From Octopus sinensis (taxonomy: Eukaryota), in the NCBI RefSeq assembly GCF_006345805.1, contig NC_042997.1, positions 152,644,001 through 152,708,000 of the forward strand: DNA of 64,000 nucleotides, written 5' to 3'. Both the position numbers and the translations under genes were made by a program. Below the pieces are notes generated by a model. It was not told the DNA's origin, made no database searches, and saw nothing but the letters and a program-made list of their open reading frames with translations. This document shows, one piece after another, positions 1 through 13,589 of the stretch (its first letter is position 1; every line of letters starts with the position of its first letter).

Positions 1-297
<297 letters not shown>

Positions 298-735
298 ATG
301 CTCTTCCTCCTTCCCGTCATTTCAGCAATGTAACTACTCTTATAACGTTCGCGATTACTTTCCATTCTTTGGACTATTCCCTTTTTCATTTCACCAAACA
401 TCAAGCTAACATATTTCTTGTGCACGTCCTCGCATTTGTCACTGTTGAGTTTCCAGCGCGATGCTGGTCGTCAGCCATTTTGAATTTGAATGATAAAAGT
501 TGATTGTTATTACTGTAAGGTGAGCTGCGATTGTTCAATGAAGGTTACGCGGTGTCGTGGTTTGATGTTGGTATATGAGTAACGCTTAGTTGGACAATAC
601 TACATGGCGAACATGAAATTGTGTTGTAGGGGTAGTAAGAAGGGGCGGCATGTGTAATATATGTATATATATATATAATTAATATATATATATATACACA
701 TATATATTTGTATACATATATAGACACACACATCG

Positions 736-766
<31 letters not shown>

Positions 767-2119
767 ATACATACATACATATATAAATATGTTGAAGGAC
801 ACTAAAGTAAGCGTGGTATGTACAGGCACCAAATAGGGCACAGATAAAGCTGAAACTTAAACCAGTGCAGATAGTTCCGTTGTTATTATGTGGATTATAA
901 GAACAATTTTTATTGCGCAGTTATGGAAATAAAAATATGTAGATAAACAAAAGTAGGCATAAGGTGTGTTTTTACATAGAAATGTGAGAATAGAAATATA
1001 AAATGAATGATGTAATCAGGTATTATCTTTACGCACAGTTATTGAATTACCAGTGACTGGTGACATAAACGTTTATATTATATAATAAAGTCCAATGATA
1101 TTGTGAGCGTATGAATTAGAGATTTGTGATGAGAAATCGTGTTACTCGCATCTGAAACAGCTGCAAAGATAAATTTTTTATTACATCATTCATTTATTTG
1201 CATATATACATATATATCATACCTTTATCAAATAAGTGCATTATAGACCTTAAATTCACATTCTAAGAGAAGTCCTCCACTTACCGTTCAGTTGTGGATT
1301 GTACAATGACTTCTATCTAGCTTCTGCTATAGAAAGCTGGTCATCTAAACAACGATCCTTATATTAGTCACCACCACCACCATCCTCCTCCTCCTCCTCA
1401 TCATCATAATCACCAATGTAATTTTGTTGCTGTTATCACTATCGTTGTTGCAGTTGTTATTGCCATTGTTATTCAACAGTCTCATTTTTATTGCGGCTTT
1501 TCGCTGCCCTAGCTAAACAGCTCTGTGAGCTTTAGATATGTAAAGTGTTTCCTTTGGCTACTTTTACAGTAACGAATATGCCTTATGAAATATATGTAGC
1601 ACATAGTAGTGCTGTATTATGAATAGTAGTACTGTATTCTGCATGTAATTTTTTGAAATGAGAACCTGGTTATGTATTAGTATGTATATTGCTTTAGCAT
1701 TCCTAGGGCACCCGTTGTTCTTTCCCTTGTAATATTTCCCAACAATATCTGACATTATAACACGATCTTTCTCAGTGTGTGTATATTTCAGAGCATGCCC
1801 GTATTATCGTTCTCGATAATGTTTTATCGTGAATTTTTTCTGCCGATATTATATAATGTTAGCATAGCCTACACTATAAGTCTCAACTTTGTCATGTCTC
1901 TGGTTTAATTATTATTTGATTAAGCCTGGGATCTCAGAGACAATGCAATTAATACTTTTTATCCAGCTCCGTATATTCTGCAGTCACTCACTGTTTTCTG
2001 CTTTGCGTCCTAATGATCATAACTGTACAGTCATTAGCCACGGGAGCTCACAAAAAAAAAAACCGATGTCATAACGACAAAACTGCAAGATCAAAGAGAG
2101 GGTTTTATGCGTAAACAAA

Positions 2120-2730
2120 ATATAAATAAAAGATAGACTGACCACTCTACTCGTTACTTTGTCCCAGTTATTGCACACCAGAAGATCTGGATCAAACCAG
2201 ACCCCGAGCAATTTAAACGATCCTCCTAGCACTCCATGACGCTGTTGGACGAAAGAGACCAGCCTCTCAAGGCGCCGAGCTACACGATCACCAACTTTTC
2301 TTAGTTAATTCCCACTACGTCACGATGTAACTTAGAGCGATGCTAACACTATTACGGGGATGTCATCTGCAATTTTCAATACAAATTTTCTGTATCCTGG
2401 TTTGCGTAGGATGATCTTCAATGTCTAATTTCTGCAGCAGCGGCTCAAGAATCAGTACATAAAAAAGCGACAAGAGAGGGCCACTTTGTCTGAAAAAGCA
2501 AGTGATACTGGATAGTTCCAGTAGGCAGCCATCTATCGAACACCAATTAGATATCACTGTACGCGCTGGCAATCTACCTATAGAAAATGGAATTGAAACA
2601 GGTTTATGAGGAGCTGTTATGAAGACAGATTCCATGTATCGGTGGTCAATCTTATTGAAAGCTTTCGATTGATACAAGTTGATTAGGTTCTTACTCGTGC
2701 CACGTCCTTCAATACGTAGTATCGCGTTAA
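2120..2730 (-). mobile_element. Tx1/L1-type non-LTR retrotransposon, decayed reverse transcriptase fragment
   Basis: Minus-strand translation across frameshifts gives QSKAFNKIDHRY, RQSGPLLSLFYVLILEPLLQKL, ADDIPVIV and FKLLGVWFDPDL..NNWDKVTSRV, resembling L1/Tx1 RT motifs (SKAFDRVDH, QGCPLSPLL, YADD). Confidence 0.8.
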
Positions 2731-2918
2731 CTTATTTTAATTAACTTTCCACTAATAACAAATTCTAATTAACCTTTGACCAATAATATTTTAAAGTATT
2801 TTATTTTATTTTGTAAAATATTCTAGTTGATTTAATTATCATCCATCATTCACCAGTTACAATCAGCAGTATCAGTGACAGCTGCTACCGAATGAACAAG
2901 ACGTACACAATGAGACAA

Positions 2919-2919
<1 letters not shown>

Positions 2920-2950
<31 letters not shown>

Positions 2951-2972
2951 CACCACCACCACCACCACCACC

Positions 2973-3069
<97 letters not shown>

Positions 3070-3096
3070 CTACTACTACTACTACTACTACTACTA
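2920..3096. repeat. Compound trinucleotide microsatellite (ACT)n(ACC)n(ACT)n(GCT)n(ACT)n
   Basis: Read directly; source of the poly-S/G and poly-T/A ORFs. Confidence 0.97.
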
Positions 3097-3270
3097 TGCA
3101 TTGTTATTTGAGTGCAGAATTCACAATCTTTTACAGGTTTTCGTTTTCCTATGGGTCCAAATGAAGACTGTTGTGTAATTTCACAGGACTGTAAAAGTTT
3201 TAAATTGTTGACTTTCCATGGGCATTTGATCTCGTAAAAACTTAAGCCCTTCATGCATGGCAGTGTGCTG
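3097..3270 (-). pseudogene. Possible YqaJ/lambda-exonuclease-like remnant (transposon-associated)
   Basis: Minus frame reads GLSFYEIKCPWKVNNLKLL...EFCTQITMH, resembling the EIKCP and Y.TQIQ.Q motifs of YqaJ-type PD-(D/E)xK nucleases; a short motif match only. Confidence 0.3.
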
Positions 3271-5388
3271 AAGAAGTTCGCTTTGCAATGATAATTACAT
3301 TCTATACGTAGAGTGAATTAAAGTCTTCCAAGTGATGTATGGTAGACAGAAACTGTGCGGAAGATATGGTGAATGAGGTGTAAAGCGATCTTCTCTAATT
3401 CACAACCAGACTTCGGTTAGCAGTGCATGCATAAGGATATAAAAAAAATAATTAATCCACTGTGAATCAGCCTTCGATAAAATTAAGAAAATTTTGAGAA
3501 TTAAATACGGTTTTTAATGAAAATTAAATTTTTATCACATTCAGTATTTTAAGAAAGAATAGGGGAAGCTAAATTATTTTATTTCGTTAACAACGGCAAA
3601 AAGTGGTCCATGTAATCTGATAACCTTCTCAGTATAGCGTCTAAAGTTTCATAAAAGTCATGTGGAGTTATTGATTAAACTAAATGTTATCCTTAAATGC
3701 CAGATTATTATAAAAGATAAACAGATTTGCTTTACAAAAAGGAACAGCAATGAAAATGCGCATAATTCGATTTCCATTAATATTTAAAATTTCTTGTTGC
3801 TTAATTTTCTTTTCTGCTAAAACAGTGATTATATTTTTGTGTCTATCAACATAGAAGTTTAAAACTATGAAACGTGGGTGTAAATTAAAGCATTCTAAAG
3901 TAAAATGTAGTTAGATATTGATGAAATATCTAATTCTCAGTATAAGTATTTGGATATTATGATATCGATAGTTAGTATTTATATTTCTGTAGAATGTTCT
4001 GTATTGAATACTCCTAAATTAAACACTAATATTAACAACAAACTTAATCACTATTCATACATAACAAAGTACAATATGTATCGGACATATATCGATTTTG
4101 TCTATATCGCAAAGATGAAGCATAATCACTTTGAATACTTGATGCTACCTTTGACCTCTTGAAAAGCTAGCTTTTCAAAGTAATTATTTTGCGAGTGATA
4201 GTATAGTCTTCCTTGTAAATAACACAATATCACTATTACTGAACATGGTTATTAAAATAAGTTGCAGCGTCTTCATCCGAAATTATCGGAGTTTATTTAA
4301 TACACTTCATTAAGTGGTGAAGAAATTAGATATACGCATTGCCAAAATTACAGTAGGATCATTCTTGGCACAATCTTTCAGCGGTTGCATGACTTTATAT
4401 AGTGTATTGTAATTAATGAAAATTAGAATACTAGCCATAATTCTACTTCTTGGAATATGAAAGACAAAGTACAAATTTCAAAGAATTGTCTTTTAATATC
4501 GATTTCTAGCATGGTCAGAAAGACTCAAATTTTGAGGAAATGTAGAGTTGGCAGACCCCGCTCAATGTAGGTAGACCCCACTCAAGCGCAGCAGGGGACC
4601 CCAACGGCGGACCCGGGGCAAACTGGCCGCGCATCAGGACTCCTACTTTCGGTGACCGCAGTCACCTACCCAGAACCTAATCCTAACGCTTAGCAACCTT
4701 ATCCTGGTACTTAACTTGTACTTTACAGGGGAAAATGCTGGTAAAGTTGAGCTCGGGGTGAGGTCTGAACTGAGAACCAAAAGGACAGCGACTAAATACC
4801 ACAAGACACTGTATTCGACGTGCGAACGATCCTGCAATTCATATGTAACGAAGTAATGAAGCAGTTACGTTTTACCATCAAGTATATCCGCATCATCAGT
4901 CGGTTTATCTGTGAGGTTTGCTACAGCATCCCATTCGTTTTTTGTTTTATTCATTAATTTAGGCTAATATGAATAAAGAAATATTGTTCAAGGAGTCTGA
5001 ATGACACTTTAAGAGGAATGGAAAACTGATATTTTTCATCTCTCGAAAGTTTCAGCAAGAACAAAGACAGAAAATCTATTACATTTATATATATTTACTT
5101 ATATAATATTATGTTATATTATATTTTATACTTTAACAAATGTATCATGTATCATTGGTATAAGATTTCCAACAATTGATTTAAAATTTATTAATGAAGA
5201 GAGTGGGGAGCGTCATTATATATCGAGCAAATCAAATGCGAAAAGGTGTTATATTTGAAGCAACCGATTTTCTTGGATTCGTTTCAAGCTTTCGCATATA
5301 TATATATATATGTATGAGTGTGTGTATATGATTCACACATTTATATACTACATATATTTATACTATAGTTTATATTATATATGAATAT

Positions 5389-5420
<32 letters not shown>

Positions 5421-5421
<1 letters not shown>

Positions 5422-5635
5422 TACATACATATAAGAAGGATGACCATTAGTGGACATCCAATGTTAGATGTAGACCCCATATGGTCTGACCACTAGGAAG
5501 AGATTGTTCTCAAGAAAATTCAGCGTTTGGTGAATTTTCTTGAGAACAATCTTTTCTTAGTGGTCAGTTCTTATGGAGTCTACATCTAGCATATTGGATG
5601 TCCACCTAGTGGTCATCCCTCTTATATGTATGTAA
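5421..5635. mobile_element. Foldback/palindromic MITE-like element in a TA tract
   Basis: Arms of about 102-105 bp (5421-5522 and 5531-5635) are reverse complements at roughly 88% identity by eye, around the 8-nt loop gcgtttgg. Confidence 0.8.
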
Positions 5636-5760
5636 TATAATTTTTCTGAATCTTCAGATTTTTTCAATATGCTAGGCGACTGGTTTAAATTGATATTAAT
5701 CAAATAAATATTCAATTTTTTACCCTTATTATCTAAATTTATATATATATATATATATAC

Positions 5761-6916
5761 AGGACATCTTCAGTGCAAACCGAGTTGTCCAGGAAAACGC
5801 ACAATCCTCCACATCCAGCAGTAGCCAATGAGAATGGAACTAGACGAACTTGTAACACTGGAAGAGACCACAGTTGCCATAGGCCTGCTGAAGAGTAGAA
5901 AGGCAGCAAGAGTCGAAGGCACACCATCAAAGATATGAAAGCATGGGGATCCTGTCCTACATGCTAAACTCCACAAGCTACTCTTTGCATGCTGGGAACA
6001 GGGAAGCTACGACAAGGTCTCCGCGATGCTGTCATCATTACACTATACAAAAACAAAGGCGAAAAGTCAGACTGCTCAAACTATTGGGGAATCACCCTGC
6101 TTTTCACTGCAGGAAAAGTTACTCCTCAACAGACTTGTTCTGTGTATCGCAGAAAATTTTCTTCCAAAATGCTAATGTGGTTTCCGAGCCAACAAGGGCA
6201 CAAAAGAAATGGTTTTCGTTCTCAGGCAACTGAAAGAAAAGTACTGGGAGCAAAACAAACTACTTTAAGTAACATTTGTCGATCTGACGAAAGCGTTCGA
6301 CACTGTGAGCAGGAAAGGTTTGTGGCATATCCTAAACCGACTAGGCTGTCCCCAAAAATTCCTAACCATGATCATCCAGCTTCACGAAGACCAACAAGGA
6401 CAAGCCCGCCTAAATAGCAACATATCAGACCCATTCCCCATCAACAACGGCGTGAAGCAGGGCTGTGTCCTGGCACCAGCCCTCTTCATTATCTTCTTCA
6501 GCATGATGCTCTAGTAAGCCATTTCAGATCTTGAGGCTGATGACAGCGTCTACATCACGTAGATGGCAGTTTTATCAACGTCCGATGTCTAGAGGTCCAC
6601 ACCAAGAATCAGCAGCAACTGATAGAGGACCTCTTCTTTACAGACGATACCGCATCTGTCGCACACAGAAAGAGCCCTCTGCAGCACCAGGTCTTCGAGC
6701 TGGAATTAAACTTGAGAAATACTGATGTCCTGTATCAACAAGCTCCTCAAGAAGAGTACAGCCCGTCCCACATCACCATTGCTGAAACAGAACTGACGTC
6801 GGTACATCAGTTCACTTATCTTGGATATATCATCTCATCAGTTTGAGTACCAACAAAAAACAGACTTGCAAAGGCAAACAAGCGTTTGACAGACTGTACA
6901 AGCGTGCGTGGAACAA
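5761..6916 (+). mobile_element. RTE-clade LINE fragment (RT region, decayed)
   Basis: LRDAVIITLYKNKGEKSDCSNYWGITLL, FVDLTKAFDTVSRKGLWHIL, GVKQGCVLAPALF, TDDT and FTYLG motifs, with stops and frameshifts. Confidence 0.92.
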
Positions 6917-6990
6917 TAAACTAATACATCTGTTTGTTGTTTACACACCTGTCTTCGTCTTTTTTTGTTTTAGTAAATTCTCATAATATA
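6917..6990 (+). mobile_element. Penelope-like 3' tail fragment ending in (TA)n
   Basis: aaactaatacatctgtttgttgtttacacacctgtcttcgtcttttt matches the tails at 34227-34292 and 54350-54422, which follow hammerhead motifs. Confidence 0.7.
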
Positions 6991-7069
6991 TATATATATA
7001 TTATATATATATATATATGCATATTTATATATCTCTGTACGTATGCATACGTATATATATATATATTAT

Positions 7070-7124
<55 letters not shown>

Positions 7125-7409
7125 ATACGGATATATTTCTATATACAGTGTAAATATGCTTGTATGTATATCAACAAAAGTTCAAAGATCGGTGAGAAAA
7201 CTGATTAATCATTCCTCGCCCGTCAGTTAATTCCATGTGGCTGATAGGTTTATACTGTTGACATTTATTTTTTCAACAATATATACATAATGATGTAACC
7301 CTTAATAATTCATAACGCATGTAGATATTCGTAAAGATAGTGAAATTACAAAGCTAATTCTAACTGCTTTTTATCCAGCCAAGCATCCTAAATATCTTAC
7401 TACGTCCAA

Positions 7410-7497
<88 letters not shown>

Positions 7498-7540
7498 GTC
7501 TGTCTGTTTGTTTGTCTGTCTATCTATGTATCTATCCGTA
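7410..7540. repeat. (TCTA)n / GATA-type tetranucleotide microsatellite
   Basis: Read directly. Confidence 0.95.
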
Positions 7541-7619
7541 TCTATATTTACGCACATATATATATATACATACATATATTTATAAATATATATATAAATT
7601 TAATATTTTAAAAATAAAA

Positions 7620-7702
<83 letters not shown>

Positions 7703-7849
7703 ATATGTATTTATATATGCATGCATGTATGTATGCTACAACGTCATACGCACGATACACATTTGCATATACGTACGCGCATATATACAAGAACATATTT
7801 TTACGTACAGGCTTTGAAAGATAGTAAAATTGTAAATTCTCCAAAGTAT

Positions 7850-8495
7850 CTCAATGGGTAAAAATGAAAAATAAAGAAAAAGATCTAAAAGTCGATATTA
7901 ATAAAGAACAAGTTATTATTGAAATCCGAAAAATTATAAAAGACGAAGGGAAATTGCTGGTTCATCATCAAAAGTCAAGCAACAATAAGCAGAATTGTTG
8001 AAATGATTGAAATGGAATGACTTTTTTAAAAATTTGGATCGAATTTGTCAGTAAAAAATGAATTCGTTTAAGCCAATATTCTATTCAAAACAGGCGCTAT
8101 AAAACCTGTTAAACTATCTGAAGCAGTTTAAAGAAAATGGAAAGAAAACTAAACTGAATCTGAAACTTTCTAAGCATTTTCTGGAAGTTTTAGATGTTTC
8201 AACAGGTTTAGAAATGTATTAGATGATCGATTAGTCGCCACTAGCAATATTTCTAACTCAAAAATGTGTTAGATGATCATTTAGCGCTTAGAATATGGGT
8301 TACGAGTTTTTATTCTTCGTCAAATAAATTTCCTTCTCTGCTAAAATCTGAAATAGGGAAAAAGCACAAAGACAGACGAGAATGCAGCAGCAAGATATCT
8401 CGGTGAATTGAAAGATTTATTGAAGACAGCGGTTATATGATGAATAAATTATGTATGTTGATGGCATGTGGTTATTTTGGAAATAAATGCTTAAT
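7850..8495 (+). mobile_element. Tigger/pogo-like transposase, N-terminal remnant
   Basis: Decayed FSGSFRCFNRFRN (cf. F.AS.GWF.RF) and DENAAARYLGELK.FIEDSGY...YVDGMWLFWK (cf. ADEEAA..Y...L...I...GY..EQ.FN.DETGLFWK). Confidence 0.65.
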
Positions 8496-8927
8496 GAAAT
8501 TAACTTGAAATACAAACATATAAAAAACTATAAGCTGTGTTCGAAGTTGCAAATAATCCTTCATAATGTATTTTGGGTGGGGGTGGAATTGTAGGTGGTA
8601 GCTAAATGACATCAAACAACTTTGGGATCGAAATGCTGCGAGAATTATATTCCATACAGATCTATCGGTCAGAATACTAAATTAGAGATAAAACCACCAT
8701 TAGGCAAATTAAACAGCGAAAAACATAACCCAAAACATAAAAATAAAAATATAGTGTACAAAATATATAAAATATAAAATTTAAAAATTAAAATTATTTA
8801 AAGTTAAAATTAAAATTATTAATTTATATTATATATAACTATCAAAAAGTATTAAAAAGTTTAATATACATAAATACAGATATATACACTTTGTATATAT
8901 ATATTATATATACATATTTATATATAG

Positions 8928-8967
<40 letters not shown>

Positions 8968-9569
8968 AATTAACCCAATAAATATCTGATTCATAATATT
9001 TGTTCTCACGATTGTGTGGTGGTGGTGATGATAATTCTCTCTATGAATGCAGACAGACGTAGAGAAAGAGAGTGTGTGAAAGCGCTGTCGAAGGCGGGGA
9101 GGAGGGAGAGATTGAGGACGGTGTGAAACGACGTTATGAAGAGAAAGTGAAGGTACGGGAAGTAGACGCTGTGAAACGACGTTATATATAGAAAGTGATG
9201 GGAAGGGAGGAAAGAGAATGAGTGATGGAGGAAGACAGATACATAAAAGAATGAGAGTAGACTTGTCAAAGTGCGTTTTTGGCCCTAGCAACGACACCTT
9301 TTAAGATGGGGATTTCTAACCTAGCCCACTCGCATCCTCACCTCATTTTACATGTCCCTGTAAATTTTGGAGTCAATCCGACGGGATCTAGTGGCCTTTA
9401 ACAAACAAATTTTCGCATTTCAGATTTATAATATACAAATATATATATATATATATATATATAAACTTAACTCTAAATTTCACCGCTGTAAATACATCAC
9501 CGGCTGTTATTTTCAGCTTTGCGGTATCTCGTTGATACCCTGTGTTATAATATATATATAATTCATTTC

Positions 9570-10140
9570 CTAATTTTCTACAATGTTCAAGAACATTCAC
9601 ATACTCGTGGTGAATTATATCAAAATATTGAATTTTAACACCGATTACTTCGTTGGTGCTATCAACAGACCAAAAGATAACCGCTACATTCAATGCCTAC
9701 TACATTCGCGAAACTCTTGTACCTGCATATGATAAAGAAGGTGGAAGAAAACAATTAATCTTACAGACACTAGAAGAACTTTAACATAAAGAATTCATTG
9801 AAAAATATTAATGAGGCATGGCATGATATTACAAGCAGTGATTCCGTAACTGATTAGAAAAATGTAATTCTTTCCTGCGCAGATAGTTTTGTGGAGCTGA
9901 AAAAGTTACAGGACCGTAGCAAATGTCCCTGTACTCGGTTTACTCATCGAAATGTCTGAATATTATGAAGATAGTTCATAAGAGGGTACAAATATAGTTC
10001 ATATAGAAATTAAGCAATTGTCTATGAACAGCTCGTTGTCAGTTTTAAATTGTTTGAAGATGAAAAACAGCTGATAATGAATTTAGAATCAAATGCAGGA
10101 ACAGCAATGCAAGTCGGAAGAAAAGATAAAAATGCAATCA
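9570..10140 (+). mobile_element. Tigger/pogo-like transposase, DDE_1 remnant
   Basis: Decayed YNVQEHSH.RGELYQNIEF..PITS..LSTDQKITATFNAYYIRE and FNIKNSLKNINEAWHDI, resembling LDNAPGH..PNTTS.LQP.DQGVIA.FKAYY and NI..AW. Confidence 0.7.
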
Positions 10141-10413
10141 GTTTCTATGGAGCCACTTAGAAAGAGAAGAGGAAGAAAGAAAAACTGAAACAAACGTCTC
10201 TTGCACAAAGGTAAAAAAGAAAGAAAAAATTATCCGACCATTTAACGTATCTTCCGGCAAAGAGGTCGGCGTTGTATATAGTATAAAGATGCAGTGTAAG
10301 CATTCAAACATCGTCACTATCGTCACGGTTTCGAAATCCTGTTGCATTTCACGTGGAATTCTTAGCCATCGTAAGTCATTTTGGTGTATAAGACGTTCGA
10401 TACACACATATAT

Positions 10414-10673
10414 TATTTTATTCTTTTACTTGTTTCAGTCATTTGACTGCGCCCATACTGGAGCACCGCCTTGAAGGGTTTCAGTCGAACAGACTTGCCC
10501 GAGGATTTTTCAAGACTAGTACTTATTTTATTAGTCTTTTTGGCCGAACCGCTAAGTTACAGGGACGTAAACACACCAACGCCAGTTGTCAAGCCCTGAT
10601 ACAGTGGGGACAAACAGGGACACAAAGGCACACATGCGTAGATATATACATACATAAATACATACATGCACAC

Positions 10674-10712
<39 letters not shown>

Positions 10713-10754
10713 GTTTGTAGAACGATATATACACTCTAAGATGTAGCGCAGTAA

Positions 10755-10807
<53 letters not shown>

Positions 10808-10907
10808 GACGGGCTTCTTCCAGTTTACGTCTGCCAAATCCACTCAGAAGGCTTTTGTCTGCCCGTGGCTATAGTTGAAGACACTTGCTCAAGCGGGACT
10901 GAACCCT
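10414..10907 (-). mobile_element. Abundant SINE family A (CORE-like central part), interrupted by (TA)n
   Basis: Shares gactgcggccatgctggagcaccgcc, ccgaaccgctaagttac and gaagacacttgc.caag blocks with copies at 41665, 43745 and 51460. Confidence 0.8.
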
Positions 10908-11760
10908 TGCTCCCGAAAAATTCTACTTGTATGCTGAAAGATATTTGCGGCGGAGTGCAATATGACATGTTTTGACATAAATGAAGTTACTAAATATATT
11001 ATAGGTAAATAAAGAGAAATGAGCTCAAACTGCAATCGAAATTTCATCGACGATTCCTATTACGATATATTGGGTCTTGTTCACCAACCTAGCACCAGTT
11101 TCTTAAGTCATTGATTATTTCCAGTTGACACAATACCAATATATTTTTGATTGATTTGTTTTCAATGTATTATTGCTATTTATTTTATACTTCAAATTTG
11201 GAAATTCGATCCCTGCCGTGATAATTTAATTCTCAACAAACGAAACTAAATACAGTAAACAATTTACTGCGGTGCTCTATCGATTCAACAGTACTGTAAC
11301 GAGAGTATAAATTTGTAACATGTATTTGCTTTATATTTTTATCGATAGAATATAAAAACTACATTGATAAGTGTTAAGTAACATAGTGTGCAAAATCAGA
11401 TTAGTTTTATTGAAATAGTAACCTCAAGATTCTTACACATAGAAAAGAAACCCCAGGTGACTAACACCACAACATTTGCTCACCAGTCAATTATTTTATT
11501 AGGATATTTTTTCAAAAACTGTAGGAGCGCAAAACGTAATATAAAAATAAATACATTAGCTATATTTCCGTAAAGATAAGCTATGTTGTAAATATTTTTC
11601 TGTTATGATATTGAAAATAAAATTTTGCTTCTACAAATTGTGTACGTATATGTATATCCTATAACAGATAAAATCACATACACACGCGTGCACACACACA
11701 CATACATAGAGACAGACAAATAGATAGACATACAGATTGACATACAGACAGATAGATAGT

Positions 11761-11794
<34 letters not shown>

Positions 11795-12068
11795 TACATA
11801 CATACTTACATACATATGCATATACTTATATGTAGATTCAGTGTGCGTGTATATACACACGCACACATACACGTGTGTGTGTGTGTGTGCGTACGCATGT
11901 ACATATGTGTACATATATATGCATTCAAGAATGTGAATATGTACACACATATATACATAAGAACACGCTCATATTATCACAAATATACACGCTGTACAAA
12001 TATAAATATGTGTGAATATACTATATGATAATATAAAATTATATACATATACATTTATATATATTCAC

Positions 12069-12102
<34 letters not shown>

Positions 12103-12350
12103 CACAGTACACACAACACACACTTATACATGAAGTAGATAATAATTACATGATTATGCAGGTAAGAAATACACCATGTTTTAAAATACGCATCGTAGCT
12201 CAAAACAAAATAGATGTCACTGATAGGGATTAATAAATAACAAATTTATTAGAGCTATTATCTGTGTGAAAGAGAAAGTGGAAAATGGGAAATCTCGAAG
12301 GACTATACATGTCTTCATACATAATTTCGTGTCTGTATGCTAATATTTGT

Positions 12351-12610
12351 GGAGGCGCGTGACTTAGTGGTTAGGGTGTCAGCATCATGATCGTAAGGTT
12401 GTGGTTTCGATTCCTGGACCGAGCGACGCGTTGTGTTCTTGAGCAAAACACATCATTTCACGTTGCTCCAGTTCACTCAGCTGGCAAAAATGAGTAACGC
12501 TGCGATGAACTGGCGTCCCGTCCAGCTGGGAAACACATACGCCATAGAAACCGGGAAACCGGTATCATGAGCCTGGCTAGACTTTAAAGGGGCGCATTTA
12601 TTTTTTATTT
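12351..12610 (+). mobile_element. tRNA-derived SINE family B, full-length copy
   Basis: A-box-like tgacttagtggttag (12360-12374), B-box ggtttcgattcc (12403-12414), AT-rich tail; second copy in opposite orientation at 27461-27724. Confidence 0.88.
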
Positions 12611-12623
12611 ATGTTAATATTTA

Positions 12624-13059
12624 GGATCTTTTCGGTTTGAACGGCAGATTTTAACATAATTTCTAGGTAACTAAAAAAATTTAGTATACTGGTAGAATGT
12701 GTTTATAAAACATCTTTTTCTCTTGGCTTTATTGAGAAAATTCTATAGTTTGTAAGACATTTGTTGTTTTTTTTCTTCAGTTTCTGCAGTTTCAACCAAT
12801 CATTGACGTCTATTGAGGTAAAAAAAAACATTCTGTTCCGTATGAATATGTCCCTCGTTTAAGAAACAGATTGAGTTTATTTACATTTGTGAAGAAAAAA
12901 TATACCCTTCCCCCTCCCCCTCCCCCTAACCCTAGCCCTAACTAACCCTAACCCTAAAACACATTGAAATGCAATAGATCGATACTAGGATCATAATTAT
13001 GGGTGACAATTTCATATGACACCGCTAGAAAAAAACTGTCGTTCAAACCGAAAAGATCC
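12624..13059. mobile_element. MITE with 24-bp TIRs and 7-bp target-site duplication
   Basis: Left TIR ggatcttttcggtttgaacggcag, right TIR ctgtcgttcaaaccgaaaagatcc (1 mismatch); atattta on both flanks (12617-12623, 13060-13066); internal taaccc-like repeats near 12925-12957. Confidence 0.9.
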
Positions 13060-13437
13060 ATATTTATATATCAATATGCATAAACGCGCACACGATCATT
13101 AACACTCACGTGCGTAAACACATTCTTATGTCATATATGTACACCACACTGGCACTTCAGAACCTCTGACTTCTTGTCTCCTTTGATAAGTCCAGCGCCC
13201 TGATCCTTAACTGACCAATCTGCCGAATATTTAGAACATTCTTCCTGCGCATATCTTTCCCTAAATTTGTTGATCTGCAACGGTTTAAACAAAGCATTAA
13301 TGGCTAACCGGCGTAGGTCCAGAAGTACTTCGTCTTCTTGCAGATTCAGCGAGTAAAAGATAAATATTTATATACTTATATACATATCTGCATACATACA
13401 TACGTACACGCAAACATGCGCACACGCACGCATGTAC

Positions 13438-13478
<41 letters not shown>

Positions 13479-13589
13479 ACACCCCCACACACATATATAT
13501 ATATATACACATGATGTGAGGGTATTTGAACAAACATAATTATCAGTATTACCCTCTTCAAACTAATTACAATACAAACACAAAAAATG

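Noticed and set aside
1285-1344. Minus-strand exon candidate with GTAAGT donor
   Set aside because: Stops in all three frames from the best acceptor.
4865-4905. Minus-strand CUGAUGA...AAAACGUA hammerhead candidate
   Set aside because: Stems I and II do not pair and GAAA is absent.
12351-12425. tRNA gene
   Set aside because: A and B boxes are present but there is no complete cloverleaf, and it continues into a SINE body with a second copy at 27461-27724.
12925-12957. Interstitial telomere
   Set aside because: Only a few degenerate taaccc units, and they lie inside a TIR-bounded MITE.
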